54,799 bases of DNA from Polymyxa betae A26-41 (Eukaryota > Protista > Endomyxa: Phytomyxea), in assembly GCA_003693705.1 (NCBI GenBank), contig RBZT01000770.1, forward strand, positions 1-54,799, written 5' to 3'. The notes below the pieces were generated by a model that saw only the letters and a program-made list of their open reading frames with translations, had not been told where the DNA came from and made no database searches. Every line of letters starts with the position of its first letter. Positions within the stretch are counted from its first letter, which is position 1. A program made the translations under genes and the position numbers. This document shows positions 13,078-25,819 of the stretch, one piece after another.

Positions 13078-13806
13078 TTATTTCTGTAGTAATACATATA
13101 ACCCAATAGCAGAAACGAATACCATCACAACTAACAGTTTGCACATTCTGGAACGAGCATGTCGCTGGTATCGAGCAGCTGTCTGCACCTCTTCGTAGCC
13201 TCGTCGGCTGTATGCCTCGGCACTGACAATATTATCTTCGATGTGATTGATCCCTTCCTGTTGCTGTTCAACGAGTATTCCCATATCCTTAAACATGTCA
13301 TTCAGTTCGACGACATCGCGCTCGATTTGGCGAATCTCAGCTTCGGTCTCCTCAATCTGACGGGCCTGTTCCGAGGCGACATCAATCTGAACTTGATCTT
13401 GCAAGAGTGGTTCGCGAGCTGTCTCTGGAAAAGTTTCAATTTGACGTTCTCGTGCATCCTGGTAGACTTGGTCGACGCGACGTTTCTCTTGTAAAGATGA
13501 CCTTTCAAGCGATGCTAACTGTTCAGCTAAGGCATGAGTTCTCTTTAATTCGCGCTCCAGAGTCTTTTTCAGTTTATCGTGAACGCGACGACCCTCTGGA
13601 GTGGCATTGACGCTAGCATCCTTCAGCAGCGATGCGATCTTCTTAGCCAAATTCATGCCCTTTTCCAAGCGGGTTCGTGAGCTCTGCGCCATGTCGGCAA
13701 CAGGTTCCACCTGGATGGATCGCTGGACTGCAGCATTATGGGATGCCAGCTCCTGCAGGCGAGCAGCGACATCGGTGAACACAGACGCCGCCGGCGGCCC
13801 GGCCAT
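13078..13806 (-). CDS. Syntaxin (Qa-SNARE, endosomal Stx7/12/Pep12-like)
   Basis: SNARE motif IRQIERDVVELNDMFKDMGILVEQQQEGINHIEDNI followed by a C-terminal TM helix. Confidence 0.88.
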   Translation of the reverse strand: MAGPPAASVFTDVAARLQELASHNAAVQRSIQVEPVADMAQSSRTRLEKGMNLAKKIASLLKDASVNATPEGRRVHDKLKKTLERELKRTHALAEQLASLERSSLQEKRRVDQVYQDARERQIETFPETAREPLLQDQVQIDVASEQARQIEETEAEIRQIERDVVELNDMFKDMGILVEQQQEGINHIEDNIVSAEAYSRRGYEEVQTAARYQRHARSRMCKLLVVMVFVSAIGLYVLLQK

Positions 13807-14580
13807 CTAGCGAATCAATGGACGAGTCTCTATTGCGATAAGAACGAGGTAGGCCAGCTGTTGCCTCACGAGTGGCACCTTGAGCGGCAAGTTAGTAAAT
13901 GTGAAAGAATCACCCGATTGATCTGTCGGTTTAAATCGTAATGTGAATGGCGCAGCCCTGTCATCATACATCGGTCATATTGGGTCCCTTATCTCAAATG
14001 TATCACAAATTCACTCACCTATTCGACAAGCGGCCGATTGGTCGTCTTCTATAACGGTAATGGTAGCGATTTATTCCAGTCTGCTCCAGAACTTCATGAG
14101 TCATCGCTGGACGCACGTTCCAGCTTATCGACTAAACAACATCTGACTTTGCTCATTGACATTTGTGGAGCCGGTTAGATAAATCAGAAGAAATTCGTCT
14201 GCAATTCTGTTTATATTACTCATTACCCATATTTATTTGTGTAGCTCATTCAAGAACCATCTCTGTTTCAGAGGATCAAAAAGGGATTTATTTTGCTGGA
14301 ATTTTTGATCAGCGTTGGAACCTCACACAATTATGTAGTCCTCCGACTTTAATCCAACAAAACTTGAAATAGACGCTACTCTCCATTGTTGACAGCAGAT
14401 AATTTCATCAAATTCTGGTTGCACTTCCAATTAGCTTTCAAGCAACCAGCTTTGCGATCAAACCTGTAATAATATTGCAGAAACGTGTGATCTCTTCAAA
14501 GAGGGTTTTAGGGTTTCTTGTGTTTTCAGTTCTGTCTAGAAATTGCGATCGCCACCATACAGCTGATATGGTCGCCTAAT

Positions 14581-15774
14581 ATGAAGGTACTATCTCGTCA
14601 GTTAAACCCAGACCGCTCTGGCACTATCCGACTCCAGCCAGAGACTGGCGAGGACATCTGGCATCTGTACAATATCGTTGCTGCTGATGACGAGGTCTCT
14701 GCTGTCTCCTGGAGGAAGGTCCAGAATGTGTCGAATACCGGCTCGACGACGACGAACAAGGTCAAGACGACCATCACCCTGGCAGTTGTCACCATAGATT
14801 ATGACGCCCCAGGCGAGACGCTGAGAATATCGGGGAAGAACGTGAACGAATCGAAATTCCTGAAGCTCGGCCAATTTCATACTCTGGAAATTGTCTCGCA
14901 GCGAAATATTTCCATTACAAAGTCGTTCTGGGATGATCTTTATCTGGAGCGTGTTCAAATCGCCAGTGATCCAGCAGCCAATTCAGACGCCGCCGTTGTT
15001 TTAATGCAACCAGGTCTAGCACATATTAGCTTGGTGGGTGCACATATGACGACCCTCGTCTCTCGGATCGAAACGACGATTCCAAAGAAGCGAGTGGCGT
15101 CGACGACTAGGCACGATAAGGGTCTGCTTCGTTTCTTCGATCAAGTATTGACAGCAATTAGCACGAAAATTCGATTCGATGTTGTGAAATGCATTGTGAT
15201 TGGCAGTCCGGGATTCTTAAAAGACGATCTGATGCAGTTTATGATGGAAGAGAGCTCCAAGAGGGATCTAAAACAGATTCTCAATAATCGCCATAAGTTC
15301 ATTCTTGTCTCGTGTTCATCCGCTCACATGCAAAGTCTGCAGAAAGTACTAACAGACCCGGCTGTATCGGCGTTGATCGAAGACACCAAAGCTGTTGCTG
15401 AAGTCAAGGCTCTTGAAGATTTCTATCAGGTTTTGAATTTCGAGCCGGATCGTGCTTTCTATGGTCCAAAACACGTTCAGCGCGCTGTTGATGAGAAGGC
15501 CATTGATACCCTGCTAATTACCGACGAGCTGTTCCGCTCTGCCGATCCTCGACAAAGGAAGGCGTATGTCTCGTTGGTCGACAACATCAAGGATAACGCC
15601 GGCCAAGTTCTCGTGTTCTCCACTCAACATTCTTCTGGTCAACAGCTCGCCGAGTTAACAGGGGTCGCCGCCATTCTACGATTCCCTATTCTCATCGACA
15701 GCGATAATGAAGAAGATATCGGTTCTTCAGAAGAAGAAGAAGACATTTCTGGCAGTCCAGAACCTGATTCATAA
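14581..15774 (+). CDS. PELO: Pelota/Dom34 ribosome-rescue factor
   Basis: EDIWHLYN, LGQFHTLE, SPGFLKD, PDRAFYG and HSSGQQLAELTGVAAILRFP; intronless; ATG at 14581. Confidence 0.96.
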   Translation: MKVLSRQLNPDRSGTIRLQPETGEDIWHLYNIVAADDEVSAVSWRKVQNVSNTGSTTTNKVKTTITLAVVTIDYDAPGETLRISGKNVNESKFLKLGQFHTLEIVSQRNISITKSFWDDLYLERVQIASDPAANSDAAVVLMQPGLAHISLVGAHMTTLVSRIETTIPKKRVASTTRHDKGLLRFFDQVLTAISTKIRFDVVKCIVIGSPGFLKDDLMQFMMEESSKRDLKQILNNRHKFILVSCSSAHMQSLQKVLTDPAVSALIEDTKAVAEVKALEDFYQVLNFEPDRAFYGPKHVQRAVDEKAIDTLLITDELFRSADPRQRKAYVSLVDNIKDNAGQVLVFSTQHSSGQQLAELTGVAAILRFPILIDSDNEEDIGSSEEEEDISGSPEPDS

Positions 15775-15900
15775 CCAATCCCATTCGTCTAATATATTCC
15801 GAAGGAGCAATCGTTTGAAGATGTTTTTCGTAGATTTTAGTTCGCCTCGTCGTACCTTCGGTATCGTACTGTACTCGATTGCGGGGGACCAGCATGACCG

Positions 15901-17682
15901 ATGGATCCCGGTGATGCATCTGAAGGCGGTGATGATTGTACGAATACCGGCCCCGGCTCTGATTTCGAGACGAAACCTGTCCCATCAGATAACTATGAAT
16001 TGGTGCATCATCAGGCGTCAGAGATCACCAAAGAATTCAAGAATCTGACCAATGGCGATGATCGGCGTCGCGATGCAATCATGCATGCGTCTCGTCGCCG
16101 GCATCAGAAGGCGCTCTCGTTAGAGCAGACCGATCACTGGAAAGTGCAATATGAGATAACAGCGACATTGTCGTCTGCGGTGAAGTTAACCGATCTTAGT
16201 CGGCAATCTGTTGATAATCGAATCGCCATGGAAATCGTCCAGATCGGCCCCGGCATCGCCTCCAATCTGCATCATGCGCAACGGAAAGCGAAACACGTTC
16301 GATCGATGCACGAGCGAATCGAACGTGATGGCCTTCGTGAAATCCTCGAACAAGGAGATGCGCGAAGCTTTCAGGAACAACAAGCCAAGAGACGCCTGGT
16401 TGAGCGAAGTCTCGAGAAACAGATTCAGATGTCTCAAACAAAGGCGAGTTTGGCTCTAGAACTCAGTAAACGTCTTCAAGCCAAGGTTGGGTTTATGATA
16501 ACCCGAATCGGTCTGGTTAAATATTTCAATATCAGGTGAAGGCGGCATCGTTGGAGCTGTCGGCGAATTACCGCTTCTTCAACGATCTCACGCAGCAGCT
16601 TCTGGAGCGCCAAAAACTGATTCAATCTGCGTTCGAGCCTATGCGTCAGATCGCCGATGACAAACTGGAATCTCGACGACTGTTGCAACAGCTGGAGCTT
16701 GAAGCAGCGAACGATCGCAGGCAAGTTGGATGTGTTGGCTCTTCCGATCTTCTGCTTATTTGTTAATTGTAGAAATCTTGAACAGCAGCAATCGAATTTG
16801 TTCCATACTGATCTGACACGGGAGAAGAAACCTGACCAGGCGCCTAAACTTCAGATAGAGCCACCTCCAGCTACACCAGCACCTTTGGATGCGACTTCGT
16901 TGTTCTTTGGTGGCCTCGAAGATGCCACCTCGAAGAAACCGATTGCACGGGTTAAACCATTACCGACGATACCGAAGAAGAAGACGTTGACATTAGATGA
17001 AGAATTAGAAGAGGTCGAGATACGAACTGTTCAAGCATCCTGGGGTCTGGCTATCGTTAAGGCAAAGCTGCAATCAGCACAAACTCGACTCGATAAAGTC
17101 CGTGTTGTAGCGGATCGTGTTCTGCAGGCTACAACAGCACACGATCTTGAATCGATTTCCAATTTCTTTATGAACGCCGATGAATTCGCATTGGTGCTGT
17201 ACCAGCAACTTGGAGAACTTCGTGATGAAGTCGCCGCCCTCGAATCCGGAATGCGAATCGAATCGGAACGACAGACGACGCCAATGGATCTCAAACGACA
17301 AGAATTACGGCAGCATCTCGAGAGCGTGACATCAGAAGACGACCTCCTGAAAAGCAAACTGAATGACGGCCATCGTGATCTGGCTCAGATCTGCGAGAAA
17401 GTCTCTGGCATGATGGATGATTTCCGACTTCCGAAACCGATGGTCGATATAAGCGATCTGAACTTATTCGAAGCGGTTGGTGTCGTGGAGACGTTCGTAC
17501 ATTCAATAACATCGGGAGGGAAGCCACCAAGCTGCAGAGAGATCTCTCCCGTTATCGAAGACCCCAGCGCACAGCGCTTCTTCTCATCGTGGAACACGCC
17601 CCATCATCGCCGGGTGAGGACGTACTTGGATGCCCAAGAGCTTAGCAGAGCAATGAAAGAAGAGATGAAACTTGTAGATTAG
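15901..17682 (+). CDS. Coiled-coil protein resembling outer dynein arm docking complex subunits (ODA1/CCDC114/CCDC63 family), probably 3 exons
   Basis: Three in-order ORFs separated by short introns. Segment ATTAHDLESISNFFMNADEFALVLYQQLGELRDEVAALE resembles the ODA-DC conserved block (recalled pattern, not searched). Confidence 0.45.
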
Positions 17683-17966
17683 AGGCTGATTAGGGAGACA
17701 ATGATGCTTGAGCGAAGCTGACAGCCCGGCGTTTAAGCTGGAAACGATATCGTCTCTGGTACGACGGACTGTAGCCACAACTGCTTTACAACGATGCCGG
17801 AAGGGAGCAATATAGAGAGCGACGTTTACGAAAGGTCATGTTCGAGCTACTGTATTTTGGAACTCCTTAAATTTGCCACCCAGGACTATTAAAGGCTCAG
17901 GACCCAAATCCTTGGCAGCATCTTGCAATCCCTGCATATTAAGTAAAAATGAAGCAATCATTGAGC

Positions 17967-20136
17967 TCATAAATCTTCTTCTTCGCGAATAAAACCGCAT
18001 GCGCAGCGCGATGTCCAGATGTTAGTTTCTGGGTCCAATGATTCATGAAATTCATGAGCATGTTGCTTCGGGGTGATCTGCACACGAGAACGCTGAGCTC
18101 GTCTCCTTTGGTCAGCATCGTCGTCTTTCTCTGCAACGGCATGCTTTTCCACGACAATTTGATGACGGACGATCGTTCCTTTGACCAATGCCCTCCATAA
18201 CGTCTGGATCGCCTCAACACGACGCTTTTCAATGTTCGCTTTCCGCCGTTCTTCCATCTCATTGTATGCGGCTAAGACAGCATCTTTGTTCTCGATCGCC
18301 GTCACGATTCCTTGAATAATCGGGATGGAGCCCATCGAACTGCTTTCAAAACCCATCATGGCTGGAGCAAAATGAACTTTACACTGAAACAACAAAATCA
18401 GAAATCTCATTTCGAACAATTCTGCAGAAACTCGAACAGACCAAACCTTACGAGCAGCCATTGCTATTCGGGGATGTTTTAGATGAACAGCACCGGCAGG
18501 AAGATGTTTACTCGTCCATAGCTCACAGTGACCATACATGGAGGTCGGTACGACCCCGTCCCGAACCGGTTCCGGCATCCAGGGCTCTGTTTGCCAGATC
18601 CCGTACAGGCTCTGCATTTCGTCGGCGTCCAGCTTTCTCGATCGCGACTAAACGTCGAATTCAGAACCTCGCCAACGAATGCAGCAGCATCGGTCTGACC
18701 TTCACTTTCTTGAACGCCTGCTCGCCATCACGGACGCATCGCATTGGCTCACGAAGCCAATTCTCTTTCGCATGCAGAGTATGAACATTAGCACGACTAT
18801 ACACAGCATGGCCTTTTATCTCCCCGACCGTCTCATCATCTGGATAGATCACTTCGTATTTTTTCAGGAACTTCTTGATCGCGTATTTCGGGTGATTGCG
18901 GAATTCATCCAATCTGGTGGGCATCGCGTCCTCATCGGCGAACGCATCGAGCTCGGCGCATTCCTCATCGTGATCATCTGCATAGGGGCGCCGACAGGCG
19001 TAATTCTGCAACGTCTCCAGCCACCAATTCCTGGCCGGCGTCCGCTTCAGAACCGCAGCCCAGCTACTCGCATATCGTTTGACGACATCGACGATGCGGC
19101 GACGTTCGTCGATTGCAACGATGTAAGTTGGCAGCGCCGGAAGCAGAGCCTCGAAGGCGTGACGATCATCGATCTGCTTGTGGAGGAGGTTGATCGGGAT
19201 CCAGCGCCCTTTATCATGAACTTCCACCCAACAATCAAATCGAGAGAGAGGTTCTCGTTTCTGCTTCTTGCTGATAGGACGATCGTCGTCATCCTGCATG
19301 GACGACGCCGATTCGAGGGTGTTCCGACAGCAACACGAAGCGCCACGCGACTCGGCAGCAATCGTATCGGAGGCGCGAAATCGGTCGTTGAGTTTAACAG
19401 AGGAGGTCGGGAGCGGGTCAAGGGACGCCACCAGACGAGCCCGCCGCCCCAGAGCCCGACATAATGATGTGAACAGCATGGCGCTCGTTGACGGCGCTAC
19501 GTTCGCCTGACCATGTGCGATTAAATTGATTAATTGTCGTTTTAAACAAAATTTCGGCGTTGAACATCGCGACAGTAACTCCTCCACCAATAAAGACGTT
19601 CGAAATCGGGAGCAAAAGAACTTCAAAAGCGATCGAAGGTCGGCATCGTAATCGCCGTTATGGATCGAGATCAGATGAGCGCGAACTTCATCATCGTCGC
19701 AAACGATAGAGCGTTGACGATATCGGCCAGCGAAGAGAACAGTGCTGAGACGATGTGAGGCGGTCGAGATTTTACGACATCGAGCGACGGCTGCCGATGG
19801 CTGTAAGACCGGGGCGCTCTTATTAGCAGGACAGCTCCCCTCGAGATTGATTTCGAGGTCGGCGGGCGCCGAGGGAGACGCCGGCGCCGGTGAGCTCGGG
19901 GCGCCTTCCGAAGAAAGTTCAGGCTCGGGACAGGAGAGGAGGACGGCGTCCAGGTCGGCATTATCAGAACGACAACGAATAGTCGGGAGACTTTCCTCGA
20001 TCTGACGCTGCTCGTCGTCGTGTTGTTGTTGAAGTCGGCGCTGTTCATGGAGTTCAATCAGGGAGAGGCTACGATGGGCGCCGAGAACATCGACGCTGAT
20101 CGACCGCCCGATCAGCTTCTTGAGACCTATGGGCAT
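17967..20136 (-). CDS. XPC: DNA repair protein XPC/Rad4
   Basis: LCRALGRRARLVASL, WVEVH, DVVKRYA, MPTRLDEFRNHPKYA, VYSRANVHTLH..NWLR, LYGIWQTEPW, FAPAMMGFE; two introns. Start at 20136 is chosen over upstream alternatives. Confidence 0.92.
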
Positions 20137-21931
20137 GATGAATACAGGCGAGGATGGAATCTGGACGAATAGAAGGTCACCTGCAGAGCATTGTGTCCCT
20201 AGTTCAGACGTCACTGTCATCAATACAGTACAAGACAATCAGCCAAATCATCGCCGCAATATTTTGGCATTCTGTGGATGCTTCTTTTGCGCAGGAAAAT
20301 ATTCGCCTATTGTAGGCGTCCTACCGTATCTCGCGACTCTGCTCCGACGTCGCTCAGCGTATCAATCTCAAGTGAAGATCTGCGAATTCATGCGAAGACT
20401 AATAGAATGGCTATCGCAAGCCCACAACCCATTCTCACCAGACCTTTTTAAAAACTTTACGAACTTCAGTTTTTTTCAGCCAAGAAACGATATCGTATTT
20501 AGTTACTGTGTGATCATTGAAAAATTTGTCGATCTGGAGTCAAGCCCATTGGATTGGATTGGATTCGACTAGTTTAGGTGATGTCACACCAGGGCGGCGC
20601 TCTTTCCCATCGTGCAGGGACCTGAGTCCGAAGATCCCGGGGTCTCAGGGGTTTCTGAAAATCACAAAGTACAGAATTTCACCCATCCGCGTCAACTTTT
20701 TACGAAGGCGTTGCCTGTCCACCGGCCACTAAGAGCAGCTAACTGTTTACCGGTTGACCGAGTATAGACGTACACCACCATACCTCTTTAACCAACTGCA
20801 CCACAGCTGCATGGCTGAACAAGCACAATGATGATCGACATCATGATCTGCGATCACTGATTTCCATTCCTTTCATTTTATGTTTTATATTATCTTTATG
20901 ACAATCGTCAAGTATACATACCGTCCTATTTTCTGTACATGAAAAAATTCAATCCTGATGATCGTGCTGTATATCGAGTATCCGGCTGAGGTTATCGTCG
21001 ACGCGGTGCAGAACTTTTACAAAGCGCGCTAAAACTTTTGCTGCGGACATTCTTAAGATGCTCAAACATTAAACAGGCGGAATGCCGTCACAACTTTTGC
21101 GGTAGAGGTATTGTTGTCTTTGTTAAAACCGCATTCAAACGACGCTCGCAAATACTCACGTTTCGCATGCAAAACATTTTGCTTTTGAAACTACCGGACA
21201 GACAGTTATGGCATGAAGTTCATTCAACTGCTCCGAGCCTCAGATGACGAGCTTGTTCACAATCCCTGCCGCCTTAATCCCAGCCGATCCGCTCCCCGTG
21301 GCTGTTGGGGTTGCTAACGCGTTGCTTAAGTCAACGGGCACACGACCACACATATCCGGAAGCTGGACCCGACAGGAGCGCACCTCCCCCGATGTGCCCA
21401 GATCATTTTCTCATACGAAGATGCAAATTATGCGGAATCTGATCGCATAGAGCTAGGTTTGACCATTGTGATGATAACCGATATAGACGAAATAACAAAT
21501 CAGAATGCTCTAGATGTCCGTTTTAATGGTCGCTTTTTAAAACAGGCTGCAAGCGTTTCTCCGATGTCAATATCTTGGGTCTCCATTGTCGTTGGATTGT
21601 CAATCATACAAAATAGTTCACAAGCTGGGACATTTACTACGTTGTTGGAACGGCCATATCCAAAATCCCCCTGGAACTGAAGCCGGAGAGCGGCTCGAAT
21701 CTGTGCTGTTTGGTGCTGTCATACACTTCATTATGTACGTCTGGAAGGCGATGAGTCCTGGGATCCAAATGCGCTGCAACGATTGATGGCTTATTCGGGA
21801 TTGGTCCAGGCATCAACTGACTGCCGATGAAAGAATCATCGATTAAAGCCATTTACAATCTGCAGGCCCCTCATATGACAGAGTAGCAGATTGATGTCGT
21901 TCTTGAAGATGAAGCGAAAGATTCGACAGAA

Positions 21932-22689
21932 ATGGAGTTTACTGCACTTACAAAGCTAGCGAAAACTGCTCACGAACTTTTGGATCTTTACGCCGGCATG
22001 TTACCTGCTGAACTTCACAAGAAGATCGCCGAATTTATCGGACCTGTTAAATTTTGTTGCCGTACGGGATTCCCGCCTAAAGCATTAACTTATCAAAATG
22101 TATGTTTATGTGTTAGTCTGTTAGTATTAATAACAGCTTCGTTTTGACGGCTGGAACTGCATTCAGCCATCATGCTATGTTGACGGAGTTGATTTCGCCG
22201 TATTCGAACAAAGTACCTGGACAAAGGACGACTTTTCTCACAAAATGAAACATGCAGCTCTGCGCTATGAAGTTGCGACAGCTTTGGGCTGTTCAAAAAT
22301 AGTTCACATTGCAGGCGGTGTTCCTGCCGGTCTCTGGCCTGATTTAAAACTGGCCCAAAATAATATTATCCGTCGTATGATTGATGATGAAATGGCTTGC
22401 GGATTTAGGTTACCGAGATGGCCGCTCTCGAATGATGACACCGTTCCGAAATCCAAGCCATGAAGAAAAAGTAATTAACATGGAAATGCCCGTCATTGCA
22501 GCTCGTCATGAAACAGTGAACTGTCGACTGAAAACATTTGGCTGTCTTGGCGTGAAGTATTTTCTCCACGGGCGCGACTTCCATCCGATTGTATTTACGG
22601 CATGTGCCAATCTCGTGCAGCTGCATTTGGCTGAAGAGCCGAATTTTGACTGGCGTACATGTGTTGCAAAACTCAAAATTAGTGATTAA
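21932..22689 (+). pseudogene. PIF/Harbinger-superfamily (DDE_Tnp_4-like) transposase relic
   Basis: SCYVDGVDF..E....FSHKMKHAALRYEVA...IVHIAGGVPAGLWPDLK, then a frameshift near 22393 into ADLGYRDG...ARHETVNCRLKTFGCL. Possible short intron at about 22100-22137. Confidence 0.8.
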
Positions 22690-23837
22690 AAATTAGTTTG
22701 CTTTTCTTGCAGTGATAAAAGATAAGCTAAGGTTCTAGTTTCATACTATTTTGCGAGAAATACCGTAGCCTCCCGCGCGCTTTTGCCGCACTTACATGTG
22801 AAGACTCTGAGTCGGGACAGACTTGGGGCGACGAATCTATGTCATTGAAATGTGGCACATGAGGAATTGAACCGTGCATCGATTTCAGGAATACAACATA
22901 CAAAGCGTTTTCCATAGAAAAAATCAAATGATAGAAAGTTCGTGCATGCTACTGAAAGTAGATGTAGGATTGGTGAGGTCAATAGCACAATGAGTTTAGT
23001 AACAGATATAATTTGGACAACAAAGGACTTGAGGATCTCGTCGAGGACGCAACGCGATCGAGGGCGCACGAAAATGGGTGGTCATGCGCCAGCTATCAAT
23101 GAACGTCTGTCAAGGAACATCAACAGCACGAGGTGTAACTTTGTGGTTGTATACAAGAACAAAATACGCGATACCATCGGAAAGTTCATAGATTAGTCGC
23201 CCAGATTTGATTTTGATACTTCTTATAATAGTCCAGCGGTTGACCATATTGAATGAAACAAAGCAAATAACAACGCGGATAACTTAAGATAGGTAACAAC
23301 TCAAAAAGAATGGGCATAACAGAGTCGATAATAATGAGCACGTAAATATCATGAAAGGAATGATGGAAATGGATACAGAATTCAGAAAGCGATTTGACAA
23401 AGCGTTTGGCAGTCTTAATGATTACATTGAGTTTCGATCGGGTGAAAGATTGACAGTAACGAAGAAAAATGCCCAGTATTCGTGGATCATTATAAAATTA
23501 AGCACGTAGCTCGAAGTCAATTTGGGAAATATCAGTTGATCATATGACGACCGACATTATTGAAATATGATAAATCGTTCGAAATCGATGCCGCAAAGAA
23601 AACCCGAAACGAGCTTTTACACAACTCATATCAATGCTCAAAGGGACAATGACCCAGTACTCCCTCTTTATAAACACACTCTTTTAAACGACATCTTCGT
23701 ACAGGCCTTTTAATGTTACAACGCACCGATATTTCTTCTTAGAATTTTTAATAACGACTTGACTGAGATGGCGGCGCAGTCAGCCTCAGTTTGAATGGGG
23801 CTCATTGTCTTGCAGACTATCTATCATTAGCGAATAA

Positions 23838-23880
23838 AAAAACCCCTAAAAAAGACCCCCTAAAAGATCCCTAAAAGAAC
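23838..23880. repeat. Degenerate interstitial telomere-like array, (C)CCCTAAAA x3
   Basis: aacccctaaaaaagaccccctaaaagatccctaaaagaacc. Confidence 0.5.
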
Positions 23881-24414
23881 CATTAATCTTGTATTGGTCT
23901 CGTCTAAGCCTTTTGCAGCAGCTAACAGAGTCCGATCTGCGATCTAGCACGTGGACTCGACCTTCAAAGATGGTCCCCGACCCTAGCAAAAACCGGGCAT
24001 CTTTCGATATTGCAGAAAAGAGAATGATATGTTAACTTTGCATTGACAACCCTAGAGAAAGAAGACGAAACTTGTAGAACTCGTATTGCAGTAATACTAA
24101 GTCTTATGGAAGTGCTGGCAAGTGACTGAGGGTTTAGGATTTCCATACGGTTCCCAGAGCGCAACTATTGAAATTATACGACATTGTTGTGGTCTGTACC
24201 GGTGTCGTTATTAATATAAAGAGGGAGTTTTCTCACTATAGGTTACGTTACCTTCCGTACGCACAAAATTTGCGCCATTTTTACCAGTCCGAAAGCACTC
24301 TCCACTCCAGGGGCTTTATAAACCTCTGACCAGAGGCTCTGACCAGAGCAAGGCGATCTGCTGTATATACTTGCTCAGTATCATCTGACAGCATAGCTGA
24401 TAAGAGGATTCATA

Positions 24415-25815
24415 ATGTCTGAAAGCGAGCCGGTGATGGCTGGAGAATCCACTACGGCCGATGCTGGTCAACTTCAGACCAATCTCGAATCGAAACCGGA
24501 CACGGTTGCACCCGAAGGCGGTGAGCGAGAAACGGCCGACGGATCCAAGCCGATGGAATCAGAGAAAAACGCCACTGTAGGATCGACGGAATCTGGCGAC
24601 GACGAAAATCGCGGCAAAAGCAGCGTTTCTTCACAGGAGCCTTCTACCGATGAAGGCGTCGAAGAAGAGCGGCCCAATTTCGACTTTCCTCATTTCCTCC
24701 AGTCGCTTCATAACATTGAAGGTTGCGTTGATGACGCCTTGGATGCGATCATACATCAGATCGCCGAAATCGACCATCTCATCGCTTTAGCTGATCTCTA
24801 CAATCGTGCTGAAGGTCGGGTAGATGCCATCCGTCGTGCGCTTCGTCAGAATGTCGACAAATCCGCTCTGGATCGCCTCCATGTCATCGCCACCCGTAAA
24901 TCCTGTTTCGACTCAATGCTGGTCCTGGCCGAGGCCGACCACGTCCTGTCCCAGCATGCCATCGCCCTTTTATACTCAGAGCGTCAGTGCCCTACTGAAT
25001 TCGAAATGTGGTTATCACGAGCTGCCGACTCCGGCCACGTTCTAAGCATGATGGGAATGGTCTCATTATTATCACAGCGCGACCCACAGCGCAGCTTCGC
25101 CTATGCTCGAAGTGCTGCAGACCTGAACTTAAGAGCTGCCCAATATATCGTTGGGCGCTGTCTGATTATGGGCCAGGGCGTCGCTGCCGATTTCAAAACC
25201 GGCCTGGAATATGTCGTCAAGGCAGCTGATGCCGGCATGTCGGATGCTCAGGTCCTGGCCGGAGGTGTTTTCATTCAAGAGCATAATGGCGTCGCTGCTG
25301 ATCCCGCGAAAGCTCTGCAGTACTTCAAGCAAGCCGCCGAACAAAACAATTCCGAGGCGCTGTATATCCTTGGCTCGTTAATGATGTCAGGACAGAACGG
25401 GTTGGAAGTAAACCGCGAGGAAGGTGTTCAGCTAATTAGGCGTTCCGCCGAAGCCGACAATCCTAGGGCCCAGCTCGACCTCGGCAAGATGTACAATGCC
25501 GGCGAGTATTTCGCTGAAGATTTTGAGGAAGGGTTTGCGTGGTGTCTCCGGGCAGCTTTGCATGGTCTACCGATGGCATCCTTTATTGTCGGTATCATGC
25601 ATCTAGAGGGGATGGGATGCGAACGCAACATCCTCGCCGGTTGTCATTGGATAGAACGCGCCGCTATTATGAACCACAGCGAGGCACGTAAGATGCTGGC
25701 GACGTTGCTTGCCGATCCGAAGATCAGCGAAGGATTTGAAGATTGGAAGATGACGCAGTCCCTGTTGAAGATAATGGCGCCTTCACTACGAGTGAATCTC
25801 GTCAATTTATGTTAA
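24415..25815 (+). CDS. Sel1-like repeat protein with acidic disordered N-terminus
   Basis: Repeated AQY.VG...GQGV..D......KAAD.G, ALQYFKQAAEQNNSEALYILG and AQLDLG..Y..G units; intronless. Confidence 0.9.
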   Translation: MSESEPVMAGESTTADAGQLQTNLESKPDTVAPEGGERETADGSKPMESEKNATVGSTESGDDENRGKSSVSSQEPSTDEGVEEERPNFDFPHFLQSLHNIEGCVDDALDAIIHQIAEIDHLIALADLYNRAEGRVDAIRRALRQNVDKSALDRLHVIATRKSCFDSMLVLAEADHVLSQHAIALLYSERQCPTEFEMWLSRAADSGHVLSMMGMVSLLSQRDPQRSFAYARSAADLNLRAAQYIVGRCLIMGQGVAADFKTGLEYVVKAADAGMSDAQVLAGGVFIQEHNGVAADPAKALQYFKQAAEQNNSEALYILGSLMMSGQNGLEVNREEGVQLIRRSAEADNPRAQLDLGKMYNAGEYFAEDFEEGFAWCLRAALHGLPMASFIVGIMHLEGMGCERNILAGCHWIERAAIMNHSEARKMLATLLADPKISEGFEDWKMTQSLLKIMAPSLRVNLVNLC

Positions 25816-25819
25816 TATA

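Noticed and set aside
18679-19464. 261-aa + strand ORF and many other antisense ORFs overlapping XPC, DNAAF5, AIDA and DDX42
   Set aside because: They are shadow ORFs of recognisable genes on the opposite strand, start mostly at non-ATG codons and have no motifs.
22727-22810. Possible Harbinger TIR or mini-MITE downstream of the transposase relic
   Set aside because: The inverted similarity is weak, and I found no matching upstream TIR or TSD.
24323-24348. Direct repeat CTCTGACCAGAG x2 upstream of Sel1
   Set aside because: Only two copies of 12 bp with no recurrence noticed elsewhere; insufficient to call a regulatory site.
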